Assembly (NCBI GenBank): GCA_951406725.2
Contig: OX597814.1
Span: 168,144,001 to 168,208,000 of the forward strand
Source of the DNA: Octopus vulgaris
Lineage: Eukaryota
DNA: 64,000 bases
Reading direction: 5' to 3'
Shown here: one piece after another, positions 11,683 to 21,875 of the stretch
Numbering within the stretch: position 1 is the stretch's first letter
How the letters are laid out: each line of letters begins with the position of its first letter
The notes under the pieces: model-generated
Seen by the model: only the letters and a program-made list of their open reading frames with translations
Told to the model about the DNA's origin: nothing
The model's database searches: none
Translations under genes and position numbers: made by a program

Positions 11683-12826
11683 TCATTTATAAAAATGTTA
11701 GAATGTCACAACAATGCATTATTAGCATTTACTTTATATCTCTTCCAGGATCGATAAAATGAGTGCCATTTATGTACTGGGGTTAATTTCATCAACTAGA
11801 CCTGTCTCCTAACATCCATGAAACTGTTTATTTTAGAAATCAATATTAGCATTATTAATTAAATTTAACTCAAAGATAATGGTGTTGATAGTAAAGAGCC
11901 AAGTGAGATTATTTGCTTTATGTCTTATAATTGGGTTTGTTATGTTTATATTTTCCCCTCAATTCTAATTGAAATTAGTATAGTCTTTCATCTTCTTGAT
12001 TTTATAAACCAGATACCAGTAATACATTAGGGTCTCTAACCTATCTTTACATAAAAGTACTATATTCCTCACCAAAAAGAAACTCTTCTGATATGCTGTT
12101 TCATTCCACTCTATATGTATGCTGGTATCATTTTATCAATTCCCCTTTGGAATTCAGTGGAATTTGATATTTTCCAGATTGGCTGGAAGAGCCAGGCAGT
12201 AAAAGGTAAGCTCCCAGTGAGCAGAGTCAGTTTGTAGATAAAGGGTTAAATTGCTTTGTTCTGTAAGTTATCAACTGGGAAAGCTAAGCTGCCAAGATGA
12301 TAGAAAAATTTGAGGCCATGTAGGAAAAAAAAATCCAAAGTAAAATCTAGGAATGGACTAGATATTTTTTGCAGAGTTTCTTAGCTGTTAGTATTAAAAA
12401 AAAAATGTTTCTTTTGAAATGTGGGTAGAAGTGTGGAAAGGTGGTGTGTTCTAAGTTTAACTCTTGAGAAAAGCATGAATGCTATTCATCAATATATTCT
12501 TTGTTAATGTGACTCATTTCTATGAGTTACATAAAAAATAAAGTGGGCTTTGGAATAAGAAGAGTAAATGTCAGTTGATTCTTAAAATTAGTTACATTCT
12601 TTCTAATTGTGCTATCTTTCTCTTGTCTGTTACTGTCATTGAATAAAATATACAATAGCATACAATAGATTTATCTTCAAGGCGATACCTTTTTTGTATA
12701 TCTTCCCTCAAACTATCCTTAACAAGATTTCCAGGAAAAAATTTCTTTTTACACATTTGAACTTGACTTTCAGATAAAAGATTTTATCTTTATATTTTGT
12801 TAATGTGAACTTTGATTTGTTCATAT

Positions 12827-12870
<44 letters not shown>

Positions 12871-13659
12871 TTAATTAGTTACTGATTTATAAAGTTGGTG
12901 TGGTGGTGGGCTCATATTTTGTATTGTTAATTAATTTGATAGCCATAATGATGTATGAAAAATGTTGCAGTTTTCTGTTTATGCTAATTTTTATTAAAAA
13001 AAATTGTAAACTAAAAACAGTTGAGGAAATGGTGTAGTTGGCTTGCATGATATTGGACCTCACAAACAAGATGATGCAAATCCGAGAAAAAATGATTCGC
13101 TGCTCTATATACTCACCAAACCCATGTCTTAGAAAAAAATAATATACATGTTAAAACAGTGGTGGTGGTGAAGATAGGAAACTAAACCATTTTTTTTTTT
13201 CATGTTTATTCTTCTTCCTCAATAAATCCCTTTTCTGATTAATGGGCTATTATATTTTAATGTCAGAAATTTTGTAATTTACTGTAAGTTAGAACTTACT
13301 TAAAATAAACTTGATAAACCAATGGAATGGCCTCTTTGTGTTTGTTTAACCTGCTAGAAATAGAAACCATATCTCTCTTAAATCACACCCTCCCACCTTC
13401 AGAAAATGAAAGGGGCACAGCACATTAGGTAATGTAGTTCTCGATATTTACAAAACCCAGAATTAATCAACTCAAGCAAGCAGCATTGACCTAGGGCTAA
13501 ACAACAAAGGAAGTTATTTAATAGTTCTTATGTTAGGTATGAGTGTGGCTGTGTGGTAGAACACACACGCCCAAGGTGCAATGCAGTGGGATTGAACCTA
13601 AGTTCACATTGTTGTGAAGCAAGCTTCTTAACCACACAGCTATGCTTTTTAAAAAAAAT

Positions 13660-13912
13660 TTTTTGCGCCTATTTTAAAGCGTAGCCAGGCTCAAGGGCTC
13701 GGTTTTCCAGTTTCTATGGCGTATGTGTTTCCTAGCTGGAGGGGACGCCAGTCCATTGCAGTGTTACTCATTTTTGCCAGCTGAGTGGACTGGAGAAATG
13801 TGAAATGAAGTGTTTTGCTGAAGAACACAACGTGTCGCCTGGTCCAGGAATCAAAACCACAATCTTACGATCATGGTGCTGACACCCTAACCACTAAGCC
13901 ACGCGCTTCCAC
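13660..13912 (-). mobile_element. tRNA-derived CORE-type SINE (family E)
   Basis: GTGGAAGCGCGTGGCTTAGTGGTTAGG A-box, GGTTTTGATTCC B-box, CTCCAGTCCACTCAGCTGGCAAAAATGAGT core. Confidence 0.8.
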
Positions 13913-13962
13913 TTTAAATAAATTATTGCTGTGTTAATTGTATTTCATTTCAATGTTATATT

Positions 13963-14078
13963 CTGCCAAATCAGACTGGAGCCTGGCGCAGCCTCCTGGC
14001 TTCCCAGACCCCAGTCGAACCGTCCAACCCATGCCAGCATGGAAAACAAATGTTAAACGATGATGATGATGATGATGA
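13963..14078 (+). mobile_element. RTE LINE 3' tail copy
   Basis: CAGACCCCAGTCGAACCGTCCAACCCATGCCAGCATGG followed by (GAT)n. Confidence 0.85.
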
Positions 14079-14789
14079 TTCTGCTACAGAGTACAACTGT
14101 AACATCTTTCTTATTACATACGATGTTGGCTAAAAGCTAATGATATATTATGTAATTTAGTTTAGCCTCTTTTTGTCTTACATTGTATTTCCATTGATTT
14201 ATTGTGTAACCACCTTCAAATATCACAGTCCTTTGGACTTCAGAACAAGTTTAAGAGCATTGAAGTCCTGTGTACATTTAAATAATAAAAAAAAAAAAAT
14301 ATACTTAAAAGACTAGTTCTGGTTTCAAATCCAGTTAAGGTATTTTTATTTATTACTAACCAAGAATATCAATTATTCTTCACGAAGTTGGTGATGGTGA
14401 GGAATTAACTTATTTTTATGTTGAAAAAATAGTTCTGTGTTAGAAATATAATTTAGTTTTGAAGCTCAAAGTGAAACGAGATATTCACATAGCTATTTGT
14501 AGAGTGTTCCATATTTTAGGAACGTAATTTGCTACGTGTTTTCCCACAATTGTGAGTTGATTATTGGTACTGGGTAAACAGTACATCAATTAACATTAAT
14601 TTACTATAAAGGTTGAGTGCATGCGAGTTGAGAAAGTGACTAGGGCATCAAAGACATTGACTGATGCGTATTAGGGGAGAGGATGATATTGGTACAGGCA
14701 CGAGATATAAATATTCACATGCTGAGTGAAAATTTGTTGAAAATTATTTATTTAAGGTTTAGTCAGAAAGGGTTGTGAGCATGGTCTTT

Positions 14790-15060
14790 ACAAGCCTTTT
14801 TAGACATGATGTGAGATTGATACAGTTGGTGCTTAATTTGAACATGTACATGTTGACATTTGTCGGAAAAAAACATGGTTGGAAAGGGAATTCCAGAGGG
14901 CCAATGTCCTAGAAAGGAAGAAATGGGTAGAGTGGTAGTTAGTGTAGGTTCTTGGGAGTGGGGTGCTGATACACAGAGTTGGACAGGCATTGATAGAAGT
15001 GGTATGCAAGTAGCTAGTTGAAAATAGTAGAGGCTGTTGTTAGCAAAATAAGCAGACAGC
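14790..15060 (-). mobile_element. Degenerate CR1-Zenon/L2-like LINE 3' remnant
   Basis: Minus strand gives PRTYTNYHSTHFFLSRTLALWNSLSNHVF, matching the RT...SFFPRT..LWNSLP..VF motif. Confidence 0.55.
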
Positions 15061-15350
15061 ATTTAGTTGTAGTGTGTTGGTGTGTTGGTAACCCACAATT
15101 GAGGCAAAGCTGGAATGATTTAAGTAAAGTATATAAGCTATAAAGATTTGAGAAAAACCATTATTTCTTATCTATGTGACAATACTGAACTGAAATACTG
15201 TATTGCTAGCTATTTCTACTTCATTCCAAATATGAAAGGATATACATTAAAACATTGATGATGATATAATACTGCTGATAATTTATTTTATGTCAGAAAC
15301 CAAAAGTGTTTATTTTGTAAGTCAGGACCAGTTTTAGTAAAATATATATT

Positions 15351-15660
15351 GACACTTGCCCAAGGTGCTATGCTGTGGCACCATGGGCAAGTGTCTTCTA
15401 CAGCCTCTATAGCTTTGTGAATTGATTTCATAGATTGAAATTTTTGTGTGTGTGTGTGTGTGTTTTACCCTCTCCCCACTGTTTGATTACTAGTGTTAGC
15501 TTGTTTACTTCCCCATAACTTAGCAGTTCACCAAAAATTGACTGATAGAATAAGTACCAGGTTTAATAGGGAAAATAAGTATTGGAGCTGATTGGATTAA
15601 AACCCTTGAAGCTGGTTTCATGGCATGGCCAAAGTCATAACTGAAAACAGTAAAAGAGAA
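15351..15660 (+). mobile_element. Headless family D SINE starting with a fold-back of its core
   Basis: GACACTTGCCCAAGGTGC...GCACCATGGGCAAGTGTC palindrome, then the family D body and tail. Confidence 0.65.
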
Positions 15661-17011
15661 CAATAAATGCTTTATTTCCTTGTTTTTTTTTTGCGGGGTG
15701 GTGGTGGTGGTTTAGTGTGGAGAAGTTAAAATAAGTTTAAAGTACATTTAAAGGATGGTTCATTTATATTTTTCTTGTAGGTTCTATTAGACATATTATT
15801 GATAGAACTTTAGAGCGTGAGGCCAACACTTAGGAAATTGAGACTCCAACCTAATTCTGATTTCCTCTTGGGGCTAATTCACTTAAGTTATTAATACAGG
15901 GCTTTTATAAAATTTTGTTCTCTTTCTCATGTAAGTTTGTACCTAAGGAACAAGCAATTATTCTTTTTACGGAGACAGGCAATGGTGCAGTAATAAGTTC
16001 TTGGCAAACTTGGTGGGTTTTATATTCTGATTTTGATTTTTTTTTTTTAAATTAAAGTCTCTACACTTGGGAAAGGCATGAATGTCACAATATTTCATTT
16101 TCCCCTCCTTTATAGTCAAGATGCATATAAAATCCAGATGTGTCATTTAAAAAAAAAAATGTACACTTTATCAAAGTTATGTTAAATAGGTTACGATTGT
16201 GTCATTTTATTTAATATCCACAATGAATGGCTTTTGCACAAAAGGAAATTACAGCTGACAACTGGAATTTAAATCTGCTTCTTCTGCTTTCAACTTTAAG
16301 CCCCAACTTCTTATCCACTAGGTCATGTTGACATTTTCCTTACTTTCCACAGTAGTGAAAGGTGCCACTGGCAAAAAAAACAAAACAAAACAAAAAGCCT
16401 TACTAAACTATATTATTAGATGTTTACTGTAACTAATTTACTGTTTCATGTCTTTAGCATTTAAATCCAGCAAATGTTGACATTTTTGATCAACCATCCA
16501 GGATCTCATAAGTGTGGTTGACTCAATTAATTGTAGTTCATCCTTTTATTGAAAGGCCAGTAGGTTTAGGCAAAATATTTTCTGGAAAAAGGGGGGGAAA
16601 AAAAACAGTTCAAAGTTTAAAATTTTGGATGAAAAAAAAAGTTGACCTCAGTGGGATTTGAAACCAGAATGTAAAGAGCCAGAAGAAAAACCACAAAGAA
16701 TTTTTTCTGATGCTCTAACAATTCTGCCAACTCACCACCCTTTTTATAATAATAATGGTTTCTGATTTAGCCACAAGGCCAGCAATTCTGAAGGGAGAGG
16801 ATTCATTGATACCATTGACCTCCATCCCCTAGTACTTGACTGGTATATTGGAGGAATGAAAAGCAAAGTTCTTTCCAGTTCTTTATCTTCAGAATTCATA
16901 TCCTGCCAAAGAATTTGAGTTAAAAAAAAGTAAAGGGCTGAAAACAATGCCAAAAAGCTTTTTGTAGATGTAATGATTTTGCCAGCTTATTGTCTTCTTT
17001 ACAATAATAAT

Positions 17012-20000
17012 CATCATCATCATCATCATCATCGTTTAGCGTCCGTTTTCCATGCTAGCATGGGTTGGACGGTTCTACTGGGGTCTGTGAAGCCAGAAGG
17101 CTTCATCAGGCCCAGTCAAATCTGGCAGTGTTTCTACGGCTGGATGCCCTTCCTAACGCCAACCACTCCGTGAGTGTAGTGGGTGCTTTTTACGTGCCAC
17201 CCGCACTGGTGCCAGACATAGCTGGCAAACGGCCACGAACGGATGGTGCTTTTTATGTGCCACCGGCACGAGGGCCAGGCGAGGCTGGCAACGGACACGA
17301 AACGGGGCGGTGCTGGCAACGGTCGCGAAACGGAAAGTTCTCTTACATGCCACCGGCACTGGTAACACATCTGCAATTTCCATTGATCGATTTCCATTGA
17401 TCGATTTCGATTCTGATTCTCACTTGCCTCAACGGGTCTTCACAAGCAGAGTTTTGACATGCCACCGGCACTGGTAGCACATCCGCAATTTCCATTGATC
17501 GATTTCGATTCTGATCCTCACTTGCCTCAACACGTCTTCACAAGTAGAGTTTTGTGTCCCAAGAAGGGAAGGTATGCATACGTAGGCCGGCTCCATCCCA
17601 TGTAGAAGGCCATGGGTTATGGACTCACTTGTCCTGCCGGGTCTTCTCGCGCACAGCACACTTCCAGAGGTCTCGGTCTCTAGTCATTTCCTCAGTGAGA
17701 CCTAAAGTTCGAAGGTCGTGCTTCACCACCTCGTCCCAGGTTTTCCTGGGTCTGCCTCTTCCACAGGTTCCCTCAATCGCTAGGGTGTGGCACTTTTTCA
17801 CACAACTATCTTCATCCATTCTCGCCACATGACCATACCAGCGCAAACGTCTCTCTTGCACACCACAACTGATGCTTCTTAGGTCCAGCTTTTCTCTCAA
17901 GGTACTTACACTCTGCCGAGTGTGAGTACCGGCATTACACATCCATCGGAGCATACTGGCTTCATTTCTAGCGAGCTTACGCATATCCTCAGCAGTCACG
18001 GCCCATGTTTCACTGCCATGTAGCATGGCTGTTCGTACACACGCATCATACAGTCTGCCTTTCACTCTGTGCGAGAGGCCTTTTGTCACCAGCAGAGGTA
18101 AGAGCTCTCTGAACTTTGCCCAAGCTATTCTTACTCTAGCAGTTACACTTTCAGCACACCCGCCCCCGCTGCTGACTTGGTCACCTAGGTAACGGAAACT
18201 ATCAACTATTTCTAGTTTTTCTCCCTGGAAAGTGACGGAAGTTGGTCTCAGAGCATTTTCAGTGTTTATTGTTCCTGAGCATCTGCCACATACAAAAACC
18301 ATCTTCCTAGTTAGCCTTCCTTTGACATTGCTGCATCTCTTATGTGTCCATAGCTTACACTTGGTGCATCTTATAGAGTTTCTACCTACACCTTTTCTAC
18401 AGATCGAGCAGGGCCATCTACCTGAAGGTGTTTGTGATTTGTCTACCTTCCTACTGATTACGACTTTGGTTTTAGCTAGATTGACTCTGAGGCCCTTCGA
18501 TTCTAATCCTTGTTTCCACACCTGAAACTTCTCCTCCAGTTCTGATAGCGACTCAGCAATTAGAGCAAGGTCATCAGCATAGAGGAGCTCCCAAGGGCAT
18601 CCTGTCTTGAATTCCTCCATTATTGCCTGGAGGACTATGATAAATAGGAGGGGGCTGAGTACTGAGCCTTGGTGGACTCCTACCTCTACCCGGAATTCTT
18701 CACTGTACACATTTCCAACCCTCACCCTACTAGCGGCGTCCCTATACATGGCCCGCACAGCTCTCACTAACCATTCATCTATCCCTAGTTTCCTCATTGC
18801 CCACCAGATAAGGGATCGGGGGACCCTGTCGAAGGCTTTCTCCATGTCAACAAAAGCCAGGTACAGGGGCTTATCTTTGGCTAGGTATTTCTCCTGCAGC
18901 TGCCTTACCAGGAATATAGCATCAGTAGTACTTTTCCCTGGCACAAACCCAAACTGCATCTCATCTAAACTAACTCTCTCTCTAATTAGTTGGGCTATGA
19001 CCCTCTCCGTAACCTTCATCACCTGGTCCAACAGCTTGATACCTCTGTAGTTATTTGTATCTAGGGCATCACCTTTACCTTTGTAGCAGTTGACTATTAT
19101 ACTGCTACACCAGTCATTGGGTATGACCCCTTTGTGTATCACCTGATTAACTATACGGGTGACTAGGCTATAGCCGACACTACCAGACATTTTGAGCATC
19201 TCTGCAGTGATTCCTGATGGGCCTGGGGCTTTCCCTGTCTTCATGCTTCTAATTGCCTTAGCTACCACGGAACTATCAACTCGGATAGCTGGTCCCTCTG
19301 TTGGGTCAACATTCGGCAGACTCTCTTTATCCCATTCATTTTCTTCATTCAGCAACCTTTCATAGTGGCATCTCCAAACCTCTCTCTTTGCATCCTCATT
19401 TAGCGCAAGTGAACCATCTTCCATGCGAACACACTTCTCTCCTACCACATCACAATTCTCTCTCACACACTGTCTTGCAACACGAAACACCTCCAGTCTT
19501 TGGTCCTCACGGCGCAGAACATTGGCAAATTTTTTCTTATCTGCTTCCCCTCTGGCTAAATAAACCTGTCTCCTAGCTTCTCTTTTGGCAGTCTGATACA
19601 ATCCCCTGCTACCCCCATTTTTCCAGACCTTCCAAGCCTGTCTCTTTTCTCTAATAGCCCTGTCTACAATATTGTTCCACCACCACGTTATTCTAGGTCG
19701 AGAGGGGACTTTGCACCAGCCACAGATCTGGTCAGTGGCTCTCAGCAGGTTGTCCCTTAGAAACGTCCAGCTGTCTTCTACCCCCTGTGATGCTCTATCC
19801 CCTTCTACTTCGTCAGAGGCTTCAAGTAATATGTCCCTAAATCTCTGTCCATTTGCAGGATCTTTAAGCTTCCAGATCCTTCTTCTCCATATTTGTCGTC
19901 TTCTGGTTGTCCTCCTAGTCCTGATCCTAAAGTCACTAACTACCAGTCTATGTTGTGGGGTACATTCTTCACCTGGGAAGGTTTTGGCATTTATAAGCAG

Positions 20001-20093
20001 CCATCTCTCCCTTTGCCTTGTAAGGATGTAGTCAATTTGGCTGGTATGTTGGCCCGATTGGTAAGTGACTAGGTGGCTGGTAGGTTTCCTGAA
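17012..20093 (-). mobile_element. RTE-clade LINE, 5'-truncated inside the AP endonuclease, with ~600-bp 3'UTR and (GAT)n tail
   Basis: APE C-terminus (TYQSG..SQIDYIL..HRLVV), RT motifs (KAPGPSGI, YRGIKLL, QFGFVPG, DMEKAFD, GVHQGSVLSP, YADD at 18570-18581), RTE C-terminus (RRLRWYGHV, RGRPRKTW). Low-complexity AATAATAAT at both ends (17003-17011 / 20093-20101). Confidence 0.95.
17625..20093 (-). CDS. RTE ORF (partial endonuclease, reverse transcriptase, PHD finger insert); 822 codons without stops, native start missing
   Basis: ORF track 17625..20216 minus the Tyr-rich N-terminal part, which derives from the flanking (AAT)n microsatellite and SINE. Confidence 0.85.
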   Translation of the reverse strand, partial: FRKPTSHLVTYQSGQHTSQIDYILTRQRERWLLINAKTFPGEECTPQHRLVVSDFRIRTRRTTRRRQIWRRRIWKLKDPANGQRFRDILLEASDEVEGDRASQGVEDSWTFLRDNLLRATDQICGWCKVPSRPRITWWWNNIVDRAIREKRQAWKVWKNGGSRGLYQTAKREARRQVYLARGEADKKKFANVLRREDQRLEVFRVARQCVRENCDVVGEKCVRMEDGSLALNEDAKREVWRCHYERLLNEENEWDKESLPNVDPTEGPAIRVDSSVVAKAIRSMKTGKAPGPSGITAEMLKMSGSVGYSLVTRIVNQVIHKGVIPNDWCSSIIVNCYKGKGDALDTNNYRGIKLLDQVMKVTERVIAQLIRERVSLDEMQFGFVPGKSTTDAIFLVRQLQEKYLAKDKPLYLAFVDMEKAFDRVPRSLIWWAMRKLGIDEWLVRAVRAMYRDAASRVRVGNVYSEEFRVEVGVHQGSVLSPLLFIIVLQAIMEEFKTGCPWELLYADDLALIAESLSELEEKFQVWKQGLESKGLRVNLAKTKVVISRKVDKSQTPSGRWPCSICRKGVGRNSIRCTKCKLWTHKRCSNVKGRLTRKMVFVCGRCSGTINTENALRPTSVTFQGEKLEIVDSFRYLGDQVSSGGGCAESVTARVRIAWAKFRELLPLLVTKGLSHRVKGRLYDACVRTAMLHGSETWAVTAEDMRKLARNEASMLRWMCNAGTHTRQSVSTLREKLDLRSISCGVQERRLRWYGHVARMDEDSCVKKCHTLAIEGTCGRGRPRKTWDEVVKHDLRTLGLTEEMTRDRDLWKCAVREKTRQDK

Positions 20094-20194
20094 ATAATAA
20101 TAATGATAATAATAATAATAATAATGATAATAACAGTAACAATAATGATAATAACAGTAACAATAACAACAATAATAATAATAATAATTAATAA

Positions 20195-20411
20195 TAATCC
20201 TTTCTGCTATAGGCACAAGGCCTGAAGTTTTTGGGGAAAGAGTAAGTCGATTACATCGACCCCAGTACTCAGCTGGTACTTAATTTATTGATCTTAAAAG
20301 GATGAAAGGCAAAGTTGACCTTGGTGGAATTTGAGCTCAGAATGTAGCAGCAGACAAAATACTGCTTAGCATTTCGCCTGGCAAGCTAACAATTCTGCCC
20401 GCTCACCACCT
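20195..20411 (-). mobile_element. tRNA-derived Nin/Deu-domain SINE
   Basis: AAGGTGGTGAGCGGGCAGAA head, GAGCTCAAATTCC B-box, GCCTTTCATCCTTT..GATCAATAAATTAAGTACCAG domain, (ATT)n tail. Confidence 0.8.
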
Positions 20412-20438
20412 TAATAATAATAATAATAATAATACTAA

Positions 20439-20649
20439 TAATCCTTTCTACTATAGGCACAAGGTTTGAAATTTGGGGGAGGAGGCTAGTCAATTCCATC
20501 GACCCCTGTGTGTAACTGGTACTTAATTGATCCCGAAAGGATGAAGGCAAAGTCAACCCCAGCGGAATTTAAAGTCAGAATGTAGCGGCAGACGAAATAC
20601 TGCTAAGTATTTCATCTGGCATGCTAACGATTCTGCCAGCTCACCACCT
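20439..20649 (-). mobile_element. tRNA-derived Nin/Deu-domain SINE (tandem copy)
   Basis: Same head, domain and tail as 20195-20411. Confidence 0.8.
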
Positions 20650-20993
20650 TAATAATAATAATAATAATGATGATTTCTAACTGGGATAAAGCCACAGGCA
20701 AAGGGCATATTTATGAAGTGATCCATCCAACTACAGTGACTGCAAATGAATTTGAACTCAGAATGCAAAAAGGCATAACTAAGTATCATGAGGCATCATT
20801 TTACTGTTTCTGTCACTTTTATTATTATTATTATAATTAATCTACTGAGATCAGCTTTACCTTTTTTATCCTTTTGAGGTTGAAATAAGTACCAGTTATG
20901 TACTGGGATCAATGTAATCAACTAGTTGCCTCCCACCAAATTTTCAGGCCTTGTGCCTATAGTTGAGAGAATTATTATTGTTATTATTATTAA

Positions 20994-21213
20994 CCCTTTC
21001 GTTACTGCATTTATTTTGAGATGTACTGTGTTTCTTTCAATTACTTTAAATATAACAAAGAATTTAGTAAAATAACTTAGTTATCATTGAGCTAGTGTTA
21101 GGAACATAAATTTCGACTAAGGTTTGGTGGAAGATTTTAATTCAAAACTTATGAAAACAAAACCTTTGTACTCAGAGCCAGAGCTAGTTTCAGCCGGGTT
21201 GGTAACAAAAGGG
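20994..21213. mobile_element. piggyBac-type MITE (family A), TTAA TSD
   Basis: TTAA|CCCTTTCGTTAC ... GTAACAAAAGGG|TTAA. Near-identical copies at 25710-25929, 40242-40461 and 46835-47052. Confidence 0.85.
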
Positions 21214-21216
21214 TTA

Positions 21217-21875
21217 AGGTGGTGAGCTGTCAGAATCATTAGCACACTGAGCAAAATGCTTTATAGTATTTTGTCGATCTTCACGTTCTGAGTTCAAATT
21301 CTACCAAGGTTAAGTTAAGTTAATTTTTTTGGCTCAAAAAGCAAAAAGCAAGGCCATGTAGGGGGACATGGAGTTATGTACAAGGGTGTTCATGCAAAGA
21401 GTTCAGCCATTTCTGGTCAAGAGAGACTTTGAACCGAGTGGTCGTCGGCATCTTCACTATCTCGTCCGGCAGCTTATTCCACGGATCCGCAACCCGGACG
21501 GAGAAAGCCCCTCTCCTTCGATTGAGATGAAATCGTCGCAGATAGAGCTTTTTGGAGTGACCCCGCAGCCTACGCTCTGGAGCAGGCGTGAAGAACAGCT
21601 CTTTCGAGAGGTTACACTTTCCGCTTATGATGTTGTGAGCAAGAATGAGATCACCACGGCGTCATCGTTTTTCTAGAGAATAAAGGTCGAGCGTCTTCAG
21701 CCTTTCTTCATATGACAAATGCTTGAGATCAAGAACCATGCGGGTTGACTTTGCCTTTCGGATTTTTGGGGGTCAATAACATAAGTACCAGTTGAGCACT
21801 GGGGATGATGTAATTGATTCACCCACACCCATGATCTTGCTGGCTTTGTGCCAAAATTTGAAATCAATATTATTA
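21217..21875 (+). mobile_element. Nin-domain SINE split by a CR1 insertion
   Basis: Head 21217-21311 (..GAGTTCAAATTCTACCAAGGTT) resumes at 21743 (GGTTGACTTTGCCTTTC). Confidence 0.75.
21312..21742 (-). mobile_element. CR1 LINE 3' fragment (second CR1 family), GGTT duplication
   Basis: Minus strand: LKHLSYEERLKTLDLYSLEKR*RRGDLI...LRGHSKKL...AFSVRVADPWNKLP; (TAACT)n-type tail; GGTT at 21308-21311 and 21743-21746. Confidence 0.88.

Noticed and set aside
15781-15813. Candidate DDAH exon 2 after TTTTCTTGTAG (VLLDILLIEL)
   Set aside because: In-frame stop after 10 codons and no LDGGD motif. The acceptor-like sites at 22058 (VDK*) and 24450 (runs into an RTE) fail similarly.
17085-17120. CTGATGA in the RTE tail (minus strand)
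   Set aside because: Other tail copies read CTGGTGCA and there is no GAAA box; not a hammerhead.
17554-20031. Plus-strand ORFs overlapping the RTE
   Set aside because: Antisense shadows of the RTE reading frame.
20094-20216. Tyr/Cys/His-rich N-terminus of the 863-aa ORF
   Set aside because: Translation of an (AAT)n-type microsatellite and SINE tail from a GTG start; not part of the RTE protein.
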